The notes: a model not told the origin generated them from the letters alone. DNA of 64,000 bases from Octopus sinensis (GCF_006345805.1 NC_043003.1:60698001-60762000), one strand, 5' to 3'; counted from the first letter of the stretch, positions 40,034 through 52,795 are shown. Program-made: numbers and translations.

Positions 40034-40202
40034 TATTATATATATATACATATATACATACATACATATGCATATTATGCGTGTATGTCTGTGTCTGTGT
40101 CTCTGTGTGTGTATGTGTGTGTGTGTGAAATATAATGTGTCTTGAATGGCACAACAATGCGGAGTAGACTATAATAAGTTATAATTTAATCATCCATAGT
40201 CT

Positions 40203-40247
40203 GATATAATAATATTTCGGAATATAAAAATTCCTTCTTCAGATATC
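40203..40247 (-). ncRNA. Type I hammerhead ribozyme motif with a canonical core
   Basis: Minus strand: GAUAU-CUGAAGA-A-GGAAU(UUUUAU)AUUCC-GAAA-U(AUU)A-UU-AUAUC. 5-bp stem I, 5-bp stem II closed by G-C, AUU cleavage triplet. Confidence 0.7.
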
Positions 40248-40573
40248 GCTAGGAATTGATATGTTAAATAAAATGAGACAACAAAACCAAGGCTGTGTGG
40301 AATTTATAGGACATTTATAAAGGGAAAGGTAGCCTTACAGCCAAAAATAACAAATTATTTTTGATTCTCACTCAAAACCGATTCAGTTGTTTAACGTATA
40401 AAAAAGCCGTTTTCTCATTTTCCGATTCATACTTGAATGACAAAAATTTCATTGGTCCAGGATTTAGTTCAATACTAGCATCCTGGGAAACCAGCAAAGC
40501 TGATAAACCAACTGTAAGAAGGAATAAAACACAAATGTAATTTGTTTTATGAATTTTCTTGAACAGTTTGCTG

Positions 40574-41141
40574 TATTGGGTTGTCCGGAAAGTTTGTGTC
40601 GATTTTTAAAAGAAAGAGGTCAATAAATACTTGCCATTACATTTTTAATCAACCAAATATGAACCATTTTGTTGCACACAATGCGTCTCCATCTTTCCTT
40701 TAACTTGAAAATACCTTCTTCCCAGAATTGAGGTGGTTTCATGGCAAAGAATTCATCAAGGTATCTTTTTGCGTCATCCAAGGAATTGAAATTTTTACCA
40801 TTAAGACTATTCTGCAGAGACCTGAATAAGTGGAAATCCGAAGGAGCAATATCTGGTGAATATGGAGGGTGGGGTAACACGTCCCAGCCGAGCTGACGCA
40901 ATTTTTGTCTGGTTCCCAAAGCATCAAGTGCCAAAAATGAACTTTCTTATCTTCCATTTCAAAGGGTTACAGAATTAACACAGGTTATAGGAACATAAAC
41001 GTTCTTCTACGAAAAGATAGCTTAAACAGTGCTCTAAATGGAAGTGTAGTCAAATCCTATTTTATGGACTCAGCCATGTTCTAAAATAAATCGAAAGGTA
41101 AGCTACTATAAATCGGCACGAACCTTCCGGACAGCCTAATA
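40574..41141 (-). mobile_element. Internally deleted mariner (DD34D-type) transposon
   Basis: TA-flanked TIRs (ttgggttgtccggaaagtt / aaccttccggacagcctaa). WDVLPHPPYSPDIAPSDFHLFRSLQNSL..KLKERWRRIV on -. Confidence 0.9.
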
Positions 41142-42668
41142 GTACACCATACAGTTCGAAGAGTCTTTGAGTAAAAGTGTATTTTCCCCTACTCTTCTTT
41201 TATCCTCTCTCCTTATGTCAAGCTATAAAGAATTCTGTTGGTAATAATTTCAAGGACAGCGAGGTAGCACAAGCGTTAGCATGCTGGACAAAATACTTAG
41301 TGGCAGTTTGTCCGTGCTTACTTACTGAATTCAAATGCCGCCGGGGTTGTCGACTTTGCTTTTCATCCTTTCGGAGTTGATGGACCAAGTACTATTTGAG
41401 CACTGTGGTCAATGTAACCCACTTAGCTCATTCTGCTGGCCCTGTACCAAAATTTGAAACCAATAATTTCAAGATCAAAACAATGTCGTCATCATACTGA
41501 AACCTAGGATCTAAAAACTTCATGTTATCACACTCTCAGTTGCAATGTTCGACTAGCTGCGAATGGTATCACAATTTTTGAAATATATTTATTACCATTA
41601 ATATTTTACTCATGGAAACTCATCTGGAAAGTTTATTCCGAATTAAAAGATACATTTCTAGCAATAGTAAACTGTCAACTTCTATTTACTTTAGGCCAAC
41701 GAGAAGAGAATCTGTGCAGGCGCACGACCTGTTAGATATAGCAGCCACATTTCGTTCCAGTCGCATCCTAAGCTTTTTAAATTAGGAAATACTAACGGAC
41801 AAAATAAAACATTGTTTTGTTCCTTTTTACAGTTGGTTTATCAGCATTGCTGGTTTCGCACGATACTAGTATTGAGCTAAATAAGATTTCGTGTGTAAAA
41901 ACACATCGAGTCTTATTCCTAGAGACATCCACAGATTACCAAACATACATCGAGCCGGGCTTTAAAAACATCAGCACACTATAAGAGAAGCTGTCTCTGT
42001 GTGACTTCGCCTCTTCAGTGGCAGAAGCATCCTCGGTCATTCGGAGCTGGCCGTAATTTTTGCTCCGTTGTACATAAAATAATAAAAAATACACACACAC
42101 ACACACACACACACAGACACACACACACAGACACACACACACAGAGGCATACATAGTTGTGTGAGGAGAGTTCATGAGTCAGAAACGGAGCACAATCAAT
42201 GTAAGTATATAAATAATACAGTATCATAAGTTAAGTTCGATATCCTGTAAGGGTGTCATCAGGCAGTTTCATACTAAATTAATTTCCCTAAGGATAGAAC
42301 AATTAAGTAATCATGAGACACAGCTGCCCAGAAACGTATAACTTGGACTCTTTTGAATCTTCAATGTGAAAGAAGACATCTGGTCGGTCATTGGTTAGTG
42401 TAATGAAAACAAAAACAAAAAAATCTTGAGGCCTTCCATAGCTATATCCCTTGAATTAGTCTGTGTGGTAAGAGGTAAAGCTAAGCGTTGCCATTGCATG
42501 TGTGTAATGTAGTGAGGGAGGGTGAGAGGTAACGGGAGAATGTGCGTGAGGGAAAACGAGAAAGAAGAAGGAGTATTATGTGTATGCCTGGGCAGATGAA
42601 GAAAAATGTAAAGGCACGGGATGAAATGAGGAGGAAATGGTGTGCGTGTGTGTGTGTGTGTGTGTGTG

Positions 42669-42701
<33 letters not shown>

Positions 42702-44184
42702 AGAGAAAGAGAGAGAGGAAACTGGGAGGAAGTTAGAGGAAGGAATAATAATAATAAATCCTACGAGTTGATCACAAAGAAGAAACCAGATAATAAGAGT
42801 GAGAGCATATAAGATGTACAGATAAGAAGGGATGAATGGAACAAGAGATGGATGATATTCGAGAGGAAGAAAAGCCAATCACTGCTACTAGGCTGGAATT
42901 GATCAGTTAAACGTTCTTGTACAATGAGTTTGGAAAAATTCTCTGGGGAGTTTTGCTTCGGAGAAAAGTTTCTCTAAAAGTTTTCTGAGAACATCGGCAC
43001 ACTACCAGAGAAGCTGTCTCTGTGTGATTTCGCCTCTTCAGTGGCAGAAACATCCTCGGTCATTCGGAGCTAGACCGTAATTTTTGTTCCGTTGTACGGA
43101 AAATAAAAAATATATTTGCTAGTGCGTACACAGCTTACCGAATTGGAATTAATTTAGTGTAAGTATACGAAACAGCAAGAATCAAAATCAATTGGTATAG
43201 TTTTATTTTTAATAAGTTCTTGTACCCTAGAAAGCATTCGCCGCCGTATTTTGTTTTGGGGATAATTTTCTTTGTTAAAGACATCGTGTGTAAAAACACA
43301 CATCGAGTCCAATTCCTAGAGACGTCCACAGATTACCAAACACGATGTTTCGGTGCGTTTCACCAACTCAGTGGCAAGTACAGTACTGCCTTGGTAATTT
43401 CTCACAGCGCCACCAATAGCTAAACCATCTTATTTCTTCCCCTTCTATCAATCTATCAATCTATTTGTCTGTCTCTCTACCCATCTATCTTACAAGTTAG
43501 CTCTCTTACTCTCTCCTATCACGTTAAGCAAGCGGATTGTTTTTTTCCGTTGTTTTAGCCTCCATTTAGCTTCCATTTTAATAACATGTGCGTAATCTAT
43601 TTTTTCACTCATACATATTTCACTCTACAAAATAAATTATTCTATTGACACGAAAACATGAAAATATCTATGTACATTTTCTTTTCCCATATTTCTACAA
43701 CACAAATTATCTAACTGACTTATGAATATACACTTACATAGAAACAGTCAAATAGAGCTTGCCTAATTTGATATTGTGGAAGAAGATCTCTTATATTTGT
43801 TTCAATCTGTCGCTTAAAATATCATATCTTACATCTCAATCCCGTCCTACTACAACCAGCGATCACAAACTTCGTAATTTTTTTTATGATTATTACAGTA
43901 TTGTACAAAGACATCAGAAATGGCCTACGTTTTGTATGTCTTTCGAAAATAACATGTATTCCTATACATAACCAATTTCTGCTGTTATAAGTAAATTTTT
44001 TTACTTTTTCAGTCATTTGACTGCGGCCATGCTGGAGCACTGCCTTTTAGTCGAGCAAATCGACCCCAGGATTTATTCTTTGTAAGCCTAGTACTTATTC
44101 TCTCGGTATCTTTTGCCGAACCGCTAAGTTACGGGGACGTAAACACACTAGCATCTTATGTCAAGCGATGTTGGGGGACAAACA

Positions 44185-44218
<34 letters not shown>

Positions 44219-44574
44219 TATATATATACATATATACGATGGGCTTCTTTCAGTTTCCGTCTACCAAATTCACTCACAGGTCTTTGGTCGGCCCGAGGCT
44301 AGAGTAGAAGACACTTGCCCAAGCTTTCACGCAGTGGGACTGAACCCAGAACCATGTGGTTGGTAAGTAAGTTACTTACCACACAGCCACTCCAGTCAGC
44401 GAACAATCTCTTGATTTTGAATATATCATAAACGATGAGGTGCCGAAAAGTTCCTGACTTTAAGGGTATCGTGAGAGGTCTGGTTGGAAGCCTAACCTTC
44501 CGAGTTCTTATACAGAGTTTAGAGACACTGAAGGACCGTTGCAATAAACGTGAGAATCTGAGATTGGAACACTC

Positions 44575-45453
44575 GGCCTCATCAATAAGTATCAAGACTG
44601 TTGCTATAGTAACGAAGCTAAAGCACGGAGAGTGAAGCCGCTAGGCACAGATTGACCTTGAACTCTGTGCATGTGCATGTGGATGTGCATTAAGTTTTAA
44701 CGTTCTAGCTCACTCCGGTTATTCACAACAGGAACGTTGTGTAAGGAACGTTGTGGAAGGAACGTGTGTAGCGTGTGATCGTCGAATTGACAATGACAGA
44801 GCGAGTTGAGCAGAGAATCTGCATCAAATTTTGCGAAAAGCTTAACGATACCTGCTCAGAAGCTTACGCAAAGTTTTCAAAAAGGTTTCACTGTTCTCGA
44901 CACAATCAAGGAGATCATGTGCAACTGAAACCAGAGTGTCATTTTTAGTTAGCTGAAAGTAGTTTTGGCATAAACATGGCAGACACGCGTCTCATACCCA
45001 AATCTTCAATGATAATGGACTGAACTGAACTGTGACTAATCTGCACATCTGATAACTCACGGACGGTGATTCGACGATTTTCTCACAGCTGTACGAATAT
45101 CTGCGATGTTTTTGTCAGTTCTGCTGGTTACAAGTCTCCCAGAACGTTCATCAATACCAATATTTTTTCGGCCATCTTGGAGACGTCTGCACTACTCGTA
45201 CACTTATGTACAGCTCATACACTCCTCTCCAAACACTTTCTGCAACTTTGCGTAGCCCTCTGAGCACATATCACCATGACAACTTTCTGTCATGGTCACT
45301 ACAACGATTACACTCTACACACCTCTCTTCCAAGCACTGCTGTAAACGGCGGTAGTGAGCTAGAACGTTAAAACTTAGTGCTCTTGAACAGCAGAGTACA
45401 AGGTAAATCTGTACCAAGCGGCTTTAATTCGGGTAAATATTGATCAGACCTCG
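44575..45453. mobile_element. Second copy of the 5'-5' mariner MITE
   Basis: Same ends and same internal junction (cgcaaagtttt..ttcactgt..caatc) as 20881-22122, without the SINE. Confidence 0.75.
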
Positions 45454-46179
45454 TATGTTGAATAAAATCATAATTAACTGATCCTCCTGTATTTTCTTTT
45501 ACCCAAAGCCAAGAACTTTTCAATACCCACTGGAACACACACACACACAAACACACACGCACACACACACACACATACACACACACACACACTCATACAC
45601 ATACAGGGAGGAATATAGACATTGCACGGATGGTAGTCGAACCAAGAAAGGTCAGGCCTGGCTGAACGCCGGTCACATGGAGAGAGAAGAGAGAGAGGTA
45701 GAGGCAGAGAGAAAGAAGAATTAAGGAGGGGCGAAAAAATGAAAGAGACACAGTGAAGTGAAAGAGGCGGAACGAAAGAACGAAGAGTGGAATGAACGAA
45801 TAAGTGAAAGGGCTGATAGAAGCCGTAAGGCCTCACTTCCACACACACCAGCTTAATTAAATTCGTTCTTAGTCGAAAAACACCTGTTCTTATGTCCTGT
45901 TAATTGCATTTGTATTTGTGTAACATTTCTCTGTTTGTTTTTTTCGTCCTGGTTTTCCTATACATTCCCTGCTTTCTTCCAAGGAATCTAATGCTCTTAG
46001 CTTATTTTTTTCCTTGAGGCTGGCCAGATTGGAACAATCTCGAGTATAAACAGCCAAAATTGCAAAGGTAATTTGGAACTCGACTGAGGATAGAAAACCC
46101 CAAATGACCCATCCTTGTTTTCCTTGTATAATCCGCCTGGATATTTTGTCGTCCCTTTTTTGTATCACTTAACTGTCTG

Positions 46180-46510
46180 GATGTTTTGCGTTCTTGTACC
46201 ATTTTGTATTTAGTAACTGCAGAGCTCTCAAGAGTTCAGTGTAGGTATTCTCTTTTTCACTGAACTTCAGCTTTATGTTAACATTCCCTGGGCTGCTAAT
46301 TTCCACAACTGAACACGGTTTCTCTTCTCTATCCCAAATCATTTTATCAGGGATGTTGTGCTTGCATTTTACTGAGGTCTTCACTGGGACATGCTACCAG
46401 TATTCTTTTATATTATGAGTGGCTATGGCTTCTACCATACTGTGGGTTCTTATTTCTTTGTCCTCGGGATCATCCTTCCGACAGATTTCATTATAGAGTG
46501 TTCTAGCTAT
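46180..46510 (-). mobile_element. R4/Dong-type RLE fragment starting in a (CATA)n tract
   Basis: Minus strand IARTLYNEICRKD and FSEKENTYTELLRALQLL match copies at ~55830 and ~54850. Confidence 0.65.
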
Positions 46511-46876
46511 GTATGTATGTATGTATGTATGTATGTATGTATGTATGTATGTATGTATGTATGTATGTATGTATGCATGCATGTATGTATATATGAGTAC
46601 ATATGTATATATATATGAGCCCATGCATATACACATATATTAATATATGCATATTAGTATATATATACACACACACATATAAACCACAAACACTCTCATA
46701 CAAAGTTACATACATGCATACACATATATTTGAGATATGGCCGCCTCACGCACTTCTCGTAAGGAATTCCGGAAGGAGCTTCCTGAGACCATTGCAGGGA
46801 TGATTCCGAAAAAAAAAAAAGAACTTCAATAACCGTTAGAAAACCGATTATAGCAGTAACTCGATTAGTTTCTAGT

Positions 46877-46918
46877 GATATCTGAAAAAGAAATTTTAAT
46901 ATTCCGAAATATTATATC
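46877..46918 (+). ncRNA. Second, mutated copy of the 40203-type hammerhead
   Basis: GAUAU-CUGAAAA-A-GAAAU(UUUAAU)AUUCC-GAAAUAUU-AUAUC. G8A plus one stem II mismatch. Confidence 0.5.
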
Positions 46919-47408
46919 AGACTTTGAATAATGAAATTATACCAGTTATCATTGTCCACTCTGCATTGTTGTCCTATTCAAGGCACCTTATATTTCACAA
47001 ACAATACACAATGCTTCAAGCGAACTTTCTTTATTTCCCTCCATGTTTCTTTGTGTTCCTTTCTGTGGAAGAGCGTAGGCTCGAAAAGTTAAAGATTTTC
47101 ACTTCTCGAGCGTTAAACTAATTAGTGTTTGTGTACCATTTCTCCGTTTTTTTTTCTGTCCTTGTTTTTCATATACATTCGCTGCTTTCTTCAAAGGAAT
47201 CTAATGCTCTTAGCTTAGTCTTTCCTTGGGGCTGGCCAGATTGGAGCAATCTCGAGTATAATCAGCCGAAATTGCAAAGATAATCTGGAACTCAACTGAG
47301 GAAAGAAAGCTTCGAATGACCTGTCCGTGTTTTTCCTTGTCCCTTTTTTGTATCATATAGTTGTCTGGATGTTTTGCGTTCTTGTCCCATTTTTGTATTC
47401 CTTTTTAT

Positions 47409-47486
<78 letters not shown>

Positions 47487-47998
47487 TATACATATATATA
47501 ACTATATATAACTATATATAGTTTTCCTTTTTGATGAAACATTACAAATTGCTGTCTACATTAATTTTCTGTATACACATCAGCTATTCGCTAAATCATT
47601 CAAAGGTTCCTATGATGAAAGCATAATCTGAGAGAGAATTGAGTTCGGAAAGCATAATCTGATAAAGAACTAAGTCCAGAATCAGTCGAAGTCGTGCCAT
47701 TCTTTATTAATGGGACAACGGAAATAGCCGAAACCGATTGTCAGTATAAGGAATTAGCGAACGGTGTTTTCCGACGATTACAGTTCCTGTCAGTATATGT
47801 GTATACAATTATTTGCTTTGACTACAGCGATAGACCATTTTAGCTCTTATTTCTAGCAATGTAAGTTTTTCTAATACCCTAGTCACATTTAGTGACCGAC
47901 TATAGTTTTCTTTTTTGGTGAAATATTGCAAACTGCTGTCCGCATTAATTTTCGATATACATACGTACATACATATATACATACATCATATATATATA

Positions 47999-48039
<41 letters not shown>

Positions 48040-48040
<1 letters not shown>

Positions 48041-48134
48041 TTACAAATTTGGAATTTTACCAATAGAACAGCAACTCCTATTTCAGGATAACCTTATTGT
48101 ATGGAATACACATTGAAAGTTATATCTAATATAC

Positions 48135-48207
<73 letters not shown>

Positions 48208-48218
48208 TGATAATAATA

Positions 48219-48250
<32 letters not shown>

Positions 48251-48537
48251 AAAATAATGTAAGCATTTAAAAAAAACCTACTATAAAATAAAATTTTTTG
48301 AAACAGGTGTAGCGGTGATTAAAAATGTCTTCTTCCTCTACAGACTAATAACAGGTGAGTTATATATATTTTTCAAACAATTTTGTTGTGTTTTATAGTA
48401 GGTTTTATAAATGCTTGCATTATTTTATTATTATTATTATTTTATTGGATATAACTTTCTATGTGTATTGCATACACATTTGAGGTTATCCTGAAATAGC
48501 AGTTGCAGTTCTATTGGTAAAATTCCAAAATTGTAAT
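48040..48537. repeat. Diverged fold-back inverted repeat around a ~70-nt loop
   Basis: 48040-48135 pairs with ~48440-48537 and 48251-48302 pairs with ~48371-48427. Many substitutions; the microsatellite expanded only in the left arm. Confidence 0.85.
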
Positions 48538-48648
48538 AATATTATAAATGATACTGTTTACATTGCATTAGTAAAGTGTAAAATGGTAAATGTTCTGATA
48601 ACCTTGAATGCTTATAATTCCCTAAGATTTTTAAAATATTCATATATA

Positions 48649-48692
<44 letters not shown>

Positions 48693-48882
48693 TACTGTTC
48701 CGTGTAGGTAAGATCAACAAAAAAGTTACGCCACATGGTGAGAGATAAATATTAGTTAATGAACATAATATATGTTTTATGAGCAACTATTAGTCTCACC
48801 TGCTGAGAGCATACCAGACAGCGTGTCTTTTAACACGTCTGGTGTCTTAGTACAACCATCAAACACTACCGGTATATGCAAA

Positions 48883-48926
<44 letters not shown>

Positions 48927-49275
48927 ATATATATTTGTATATATGCATATGTATATAACTAAGTGTGGGTGTTTTTATGTTTCTGTTCTGTTTCTTCCCC
49001 ACCATTTCTTGACAACCGGCGTGGGTTTTCTTAGGTCCCTATAAATTAGCAAAAAATGACGGTGAAATAAATTGATATGTTCGACTAATCCCTTCAAAAT
49101 GGTGCCCCGGCATGGTTGCAGACCTGTGACTGGAACAAGAAAAAATAAAAGATTTAGTTATAGTCTTGCTTGTGTGGAGAAAAAAAGGGAGAGAGAGGAT
49201 TTGCATTGTGTCTGAGAAATAAGCGATACAAAATTTTTTGTTGTAAAGTATTTAATAAGTTCATTATTCACGATT

Positions 49276-49281
49276 TTTATT
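49276..49281 (-). promoter_or_regulatory. Candidate polyadenylation signal of the dehydratase gene
   Basis: AATAAA on -, ~40 nt after the stop codon. Confidence 0.4.
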
Positions 49282-49320
49282 TCCCCACGGAATAACATGA
49301 TAACTGGGTGTGTGTCGCAT

Positions 49321-49422
49321 CTAGAAATAGTTTTCCCAATCAATGCTTTCGTAGTAGCGGTCTAGTAGATCTTTCAGTTGTCCTGTGTGTTGTTTATTTT
49401 TGGTTTCAGCTATAATCGTCAC
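49321..49422 (-). CDS. Threonine/serine dehydratase (ACT-domain type), last exon (VTIIAETKNKQHTGQLKDLLDRYYESIDWENYF*)
   Basis: Acceptor ttcttttattccag, phase 0. V...ET....H...L matches the ACT C-terminus; TAG stop. Not in the supplied ORF track. Confidence 0.85.
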   Translation of the reverse strand: MTIIAETKNKQHTGQLKDLLDRYYESIDWENYF

Positions 49423-49499
49423 CTGGAATAAAAGAATAATTATATATCAACAACAACAACAATAATAATAATAAAGATAATAACAATAATAATGATAAT

Positions 49500-49930
49500 A
49501 AACGATGTAAAATCCAGAAAAGGAAGAAAGATGAAAAGAAAACATAGATTCTCACCAAGAGAACTGCTTTCAAGAAAAGAAACACTGCAACAAAAAAGTC
49601 CAAGCAAACGCTCTAAAAATACGAAGATTTAAGAAGAGAAACAAGTTTTACAAGCAAAAGAAGCTGTTCAAATCCAATGCGAAAACATTGTACAGAGAAA
49701 TGGGGAAGGGGAAAATACCCCCCCCTCCACTCCCATGGAAGAAGTTGAAAACTTTTGGAAAGATATTTGGAGTGATGAAAAGACTTACTCTGAAAATATT
49801 GACTGGATTAGACGCAGAGAGGGATCCTACCAAAGCTTACCAGAACAAGCATGGGAAGACAACACAATAGCAGACCGAAGGATGACACTCACAAAGGCTT
49901 ATAAGTGGATTATCCTGGTAATGTTGGGTG
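49500..49930 (+). mobile_element. R4/Dong-type pre-RT fragment between (AAT)n tracts
   Basis: EEVENFWKDIWSDEKTYSENIDW resembles the E...FW..IW segment upstream of the RT in RLE elements. Confidence 0.55.
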
Positions 49931-49997
49931 CCAAATTTCTGGCTCATCTCGCTCCCGTACGCACACGAAAAGTTAGTCCAATTGTCTATATCATGGC

Positions 49998-50047
<50 letters not shown>

Positions 50048-50577
50048 CATTATCATCATCATCATCATCATCATCATGATAATGATAATAATAATAATAA
50101 TAATAATAAAGCCATGATATAGACGTAATTGGCGTAAGGAGTTTGAAATAGAACGCTCAGTAGAGCTCCTATAGAAAGTTTGCTTCCTAAAGAGAGCAAG
50201 GATTATCACGAGGGATCTAAGCACTTGAAAGCCTGCCGGAAACCTGTGGCAGCCTAATGTTATAGGTAGTAGCTCGCTACTATCTAACTCCTACCAGGAA
50301 TCAGACCAAACCTGAGCTTTTTTCCTATGATAATAATCTAATAAGCCGAACATTTTCTACTATAGGCTCAAGACCTAAATGTTTAGGATAGTAGGCGAAG
50401 GAGTGGCTTTGTGGTAAGTAGCTTGCTTACCAACCGCATGGTTCTGGGTTCAGTCCCACTGCGTGGCACCTTGGGCAAGTGTCTTCTACTATAGCCTCGG
50501 ACCGACCATAGCCTTGCGAGTGGATTTGTAGACGGAAACTGAAAGAAACCCGTTGTATATATATATATATATATATA

Positions 50578-52231
50578 ATAACAATTAAGGAACGGCCATA
50601 ATAGGCCATTCACCCACTAGAAATAACAGCCAAAGCTTCTACCGCAAATAAAGATTAATTCCGTAAACAGGAGAAAATTAAAAAAACATTTACCCTGTAA
50701 TTTCTTGTACGGTATACCGTTTCATCCGCTGTTTAATGGTAAACTAACATGATTAAATTAAATCAGCCAATCTTCCATAAGCCCTCGGATTCTTCAGCAA
50801 GAAATAGCTCAAGTCGGAACAGATATTTACACGAGGCATACCCAATCTTGCCAAGTCAATATCTGACCTAAAATTTTCAAATCGTCGCACTCGCGCCAAA
50901 TTTATCGGCAGCAAATAAATATCAGCCGTCGATTCCATTACGGAATTAACCAAAAAATTCATAATTAATCAATATAGGGTGGCAAGGAAAATTTTGTAGA
51001 ATTTTATTGCCACCAGCGGCCCAGTGGGAAAAAATTAAATAGTCATAGACCATTTTTAAGTTCAACAATAACAATTAAGGAACGGCCATAATAGGCCATT
51101 CACCCACTAGAAATAACAGCCAAAGCTTCTACCGCAAATAAAGATTAATTCCGTAAACAGGAGAAAATTAAAAAAACATTTACCCTGTAATTTCTTGTAC
51201 GGTATACCGTTTCATCCGCTGTTTAATGGTAAACTAACATGATTAAATTAAATCAAGCCAATCTTCCATAAGCCCTCGGATTCTTCAGCAAGAAATAGCT
51301 CAAGTCGGAACAGATATTTACACGAGGCATACCCAATCTTGCCAAGTCAATATCTGACCTAAAATTTTCAAATCGTCGCACTCGCGCCAAATTTATCGGC
51401 AGCAAATAAATATCAGCCGTCGATTCCATTACGGAATTAACCAAAAAATTCATAATTAATCAATATAGGGTGGCAAGGAAAATTTTGTAGAATTTTATTG
51501 CCACCAGCGGCCCAGTGGGAAAAATTAAATAGTCATAGACCATTTTTAAGTTCAACAATAACAATTAAGGAACGGCCATAATAGGCCATTCACCACTAGA
51601 AATAACAGCCAAAGCTTCTACCGTTCCTTAATTGTTATTGTTGAACCTAAAAATGGTCTATGACTATTTAATTTTTTCCCACTGGGCCGCTGGTGGCAAT
51701 AAAATTCTACAAAATTTTCCTTGCCACCCTATATTGATTAATTATGAATTTTTTGGTTAATTCCGTAATGGAATCGACGGCTGATATTTATTTGCTGCCG
51801 ATAAATTTGGCGCGAGTGCGACGATTTGAAAATTTTAGGTCAGATATTGACTTGGCAAGATTGGGTATGCCTCGTGTAAATATCTGTTCCGACTTGAGCT
51901 ATTTCTTGCTGAAGAATCCGAGGGCTTATGGAAGATTGGCTTGATTTAATTTAATCATGTTAGTTTACCATTAAACAGCGGATGAAACGGTACACCGTAC
52001 AAGAAATTACAGGGTAAATGTTTTTTTAATTTCTCCTGTTTACGGAATTAATCTTTATTTGCGGTAGAAGCTTTGGCTGTTATTTCTAGTGGGTGAATGG
52101 CCTATTATGGCCGTTCCTTAATTGTTATTGTTGAACTTAAAAATGGTCTATGACTATTTAATTTTTTCCCACTGGGCCGCTGGTGGCAATAAATTCTACA
52201 AAATTTTCCTTGCCACCCTATATTGATTAAT

Positions 52232-52233
<2 letters not shown>
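50578..52233. repeat. 490-bp unit array: ~2.1 direct units followed by ~1.25 inverted units, inside the central (TA)n of a composite SINE
   Basis: acaattaagg at 50581, 51071 and 51561; inversion junction CCG at 51621-51623. SINE 5' half at ~50395-50555, 3' half at ~52262-52520. Confidence 0.92.
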
Positions 52234-52275
<42 letters not shown>

Positions 52276-52737
52276 ATATATATATGTATGTGTGTGTGTG
52301 TGTATATGTTTGTGTGTTTGTGTTTGTCCCCTCAACATCGCTTGACAACCAATGCTGGTGTGTTTACATCCCCGTCACTTAGCGGTTCGGCAAGAGATAC
52401 CGATAGAATAAGTACTAGGCTTACAAAGAATAAGTCCTGGGGTCGATTTGCTCGACTAAAGGCGGCGCTCCAGCATGGCCATAGTCACATGACTGAAACA
52501 AGTAAAAGAGTAAAAGAGTAAATAGGGTCGGTGAATAATATTGAAACTAGTATTCGACGACTGTTTATGTTATTGACCTCCCCCCCCACACACACCCACT
52601 GGATAAAAGGTGAAATCCTGCTCGGTGAAATTTGAACTCAGAAAGCCAGGCGAAATGCTGATAAGCACTTTATTCCGCGTGCCAAAGATTCTGCTAGTTC
52701 ACTTACTTTATTGGTTGTGTAATAATTCTGTTCTTAC

Positions 52738-52795
52738 CTTGACGGAAAATACATCGCCATTCAACCATGCTCGTTCATGAAAGATATCCTTGATA
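52738..52795 (-). CDS. Threonine/serine dehydratase, penultimate exon (TIKDIFHERAWLNGDVFSVK)
   Basis: Acceptor ttttacttttag, donor AAG|GTAAGA. 58 bp, phase 2/0. IKDI.HERAW is the conserved ACT motif. Confidence 0.92.

Noticed and set aside
50753-51944. Identical 66-69 aa ORF present three times
   Set aside because: A by-product of the 490-bp repeat with no recognisable domain. The array is also not CRISPR: the units are long and have no unique spacers.
51975-52020. CGGATGAA-ACGG/CCGT-ACAA-GAAA hammerhead-like string in the 490-bp unit
   Set aside because: U4G change, four extra nucleotides before GAAA, and no NUH triplet.
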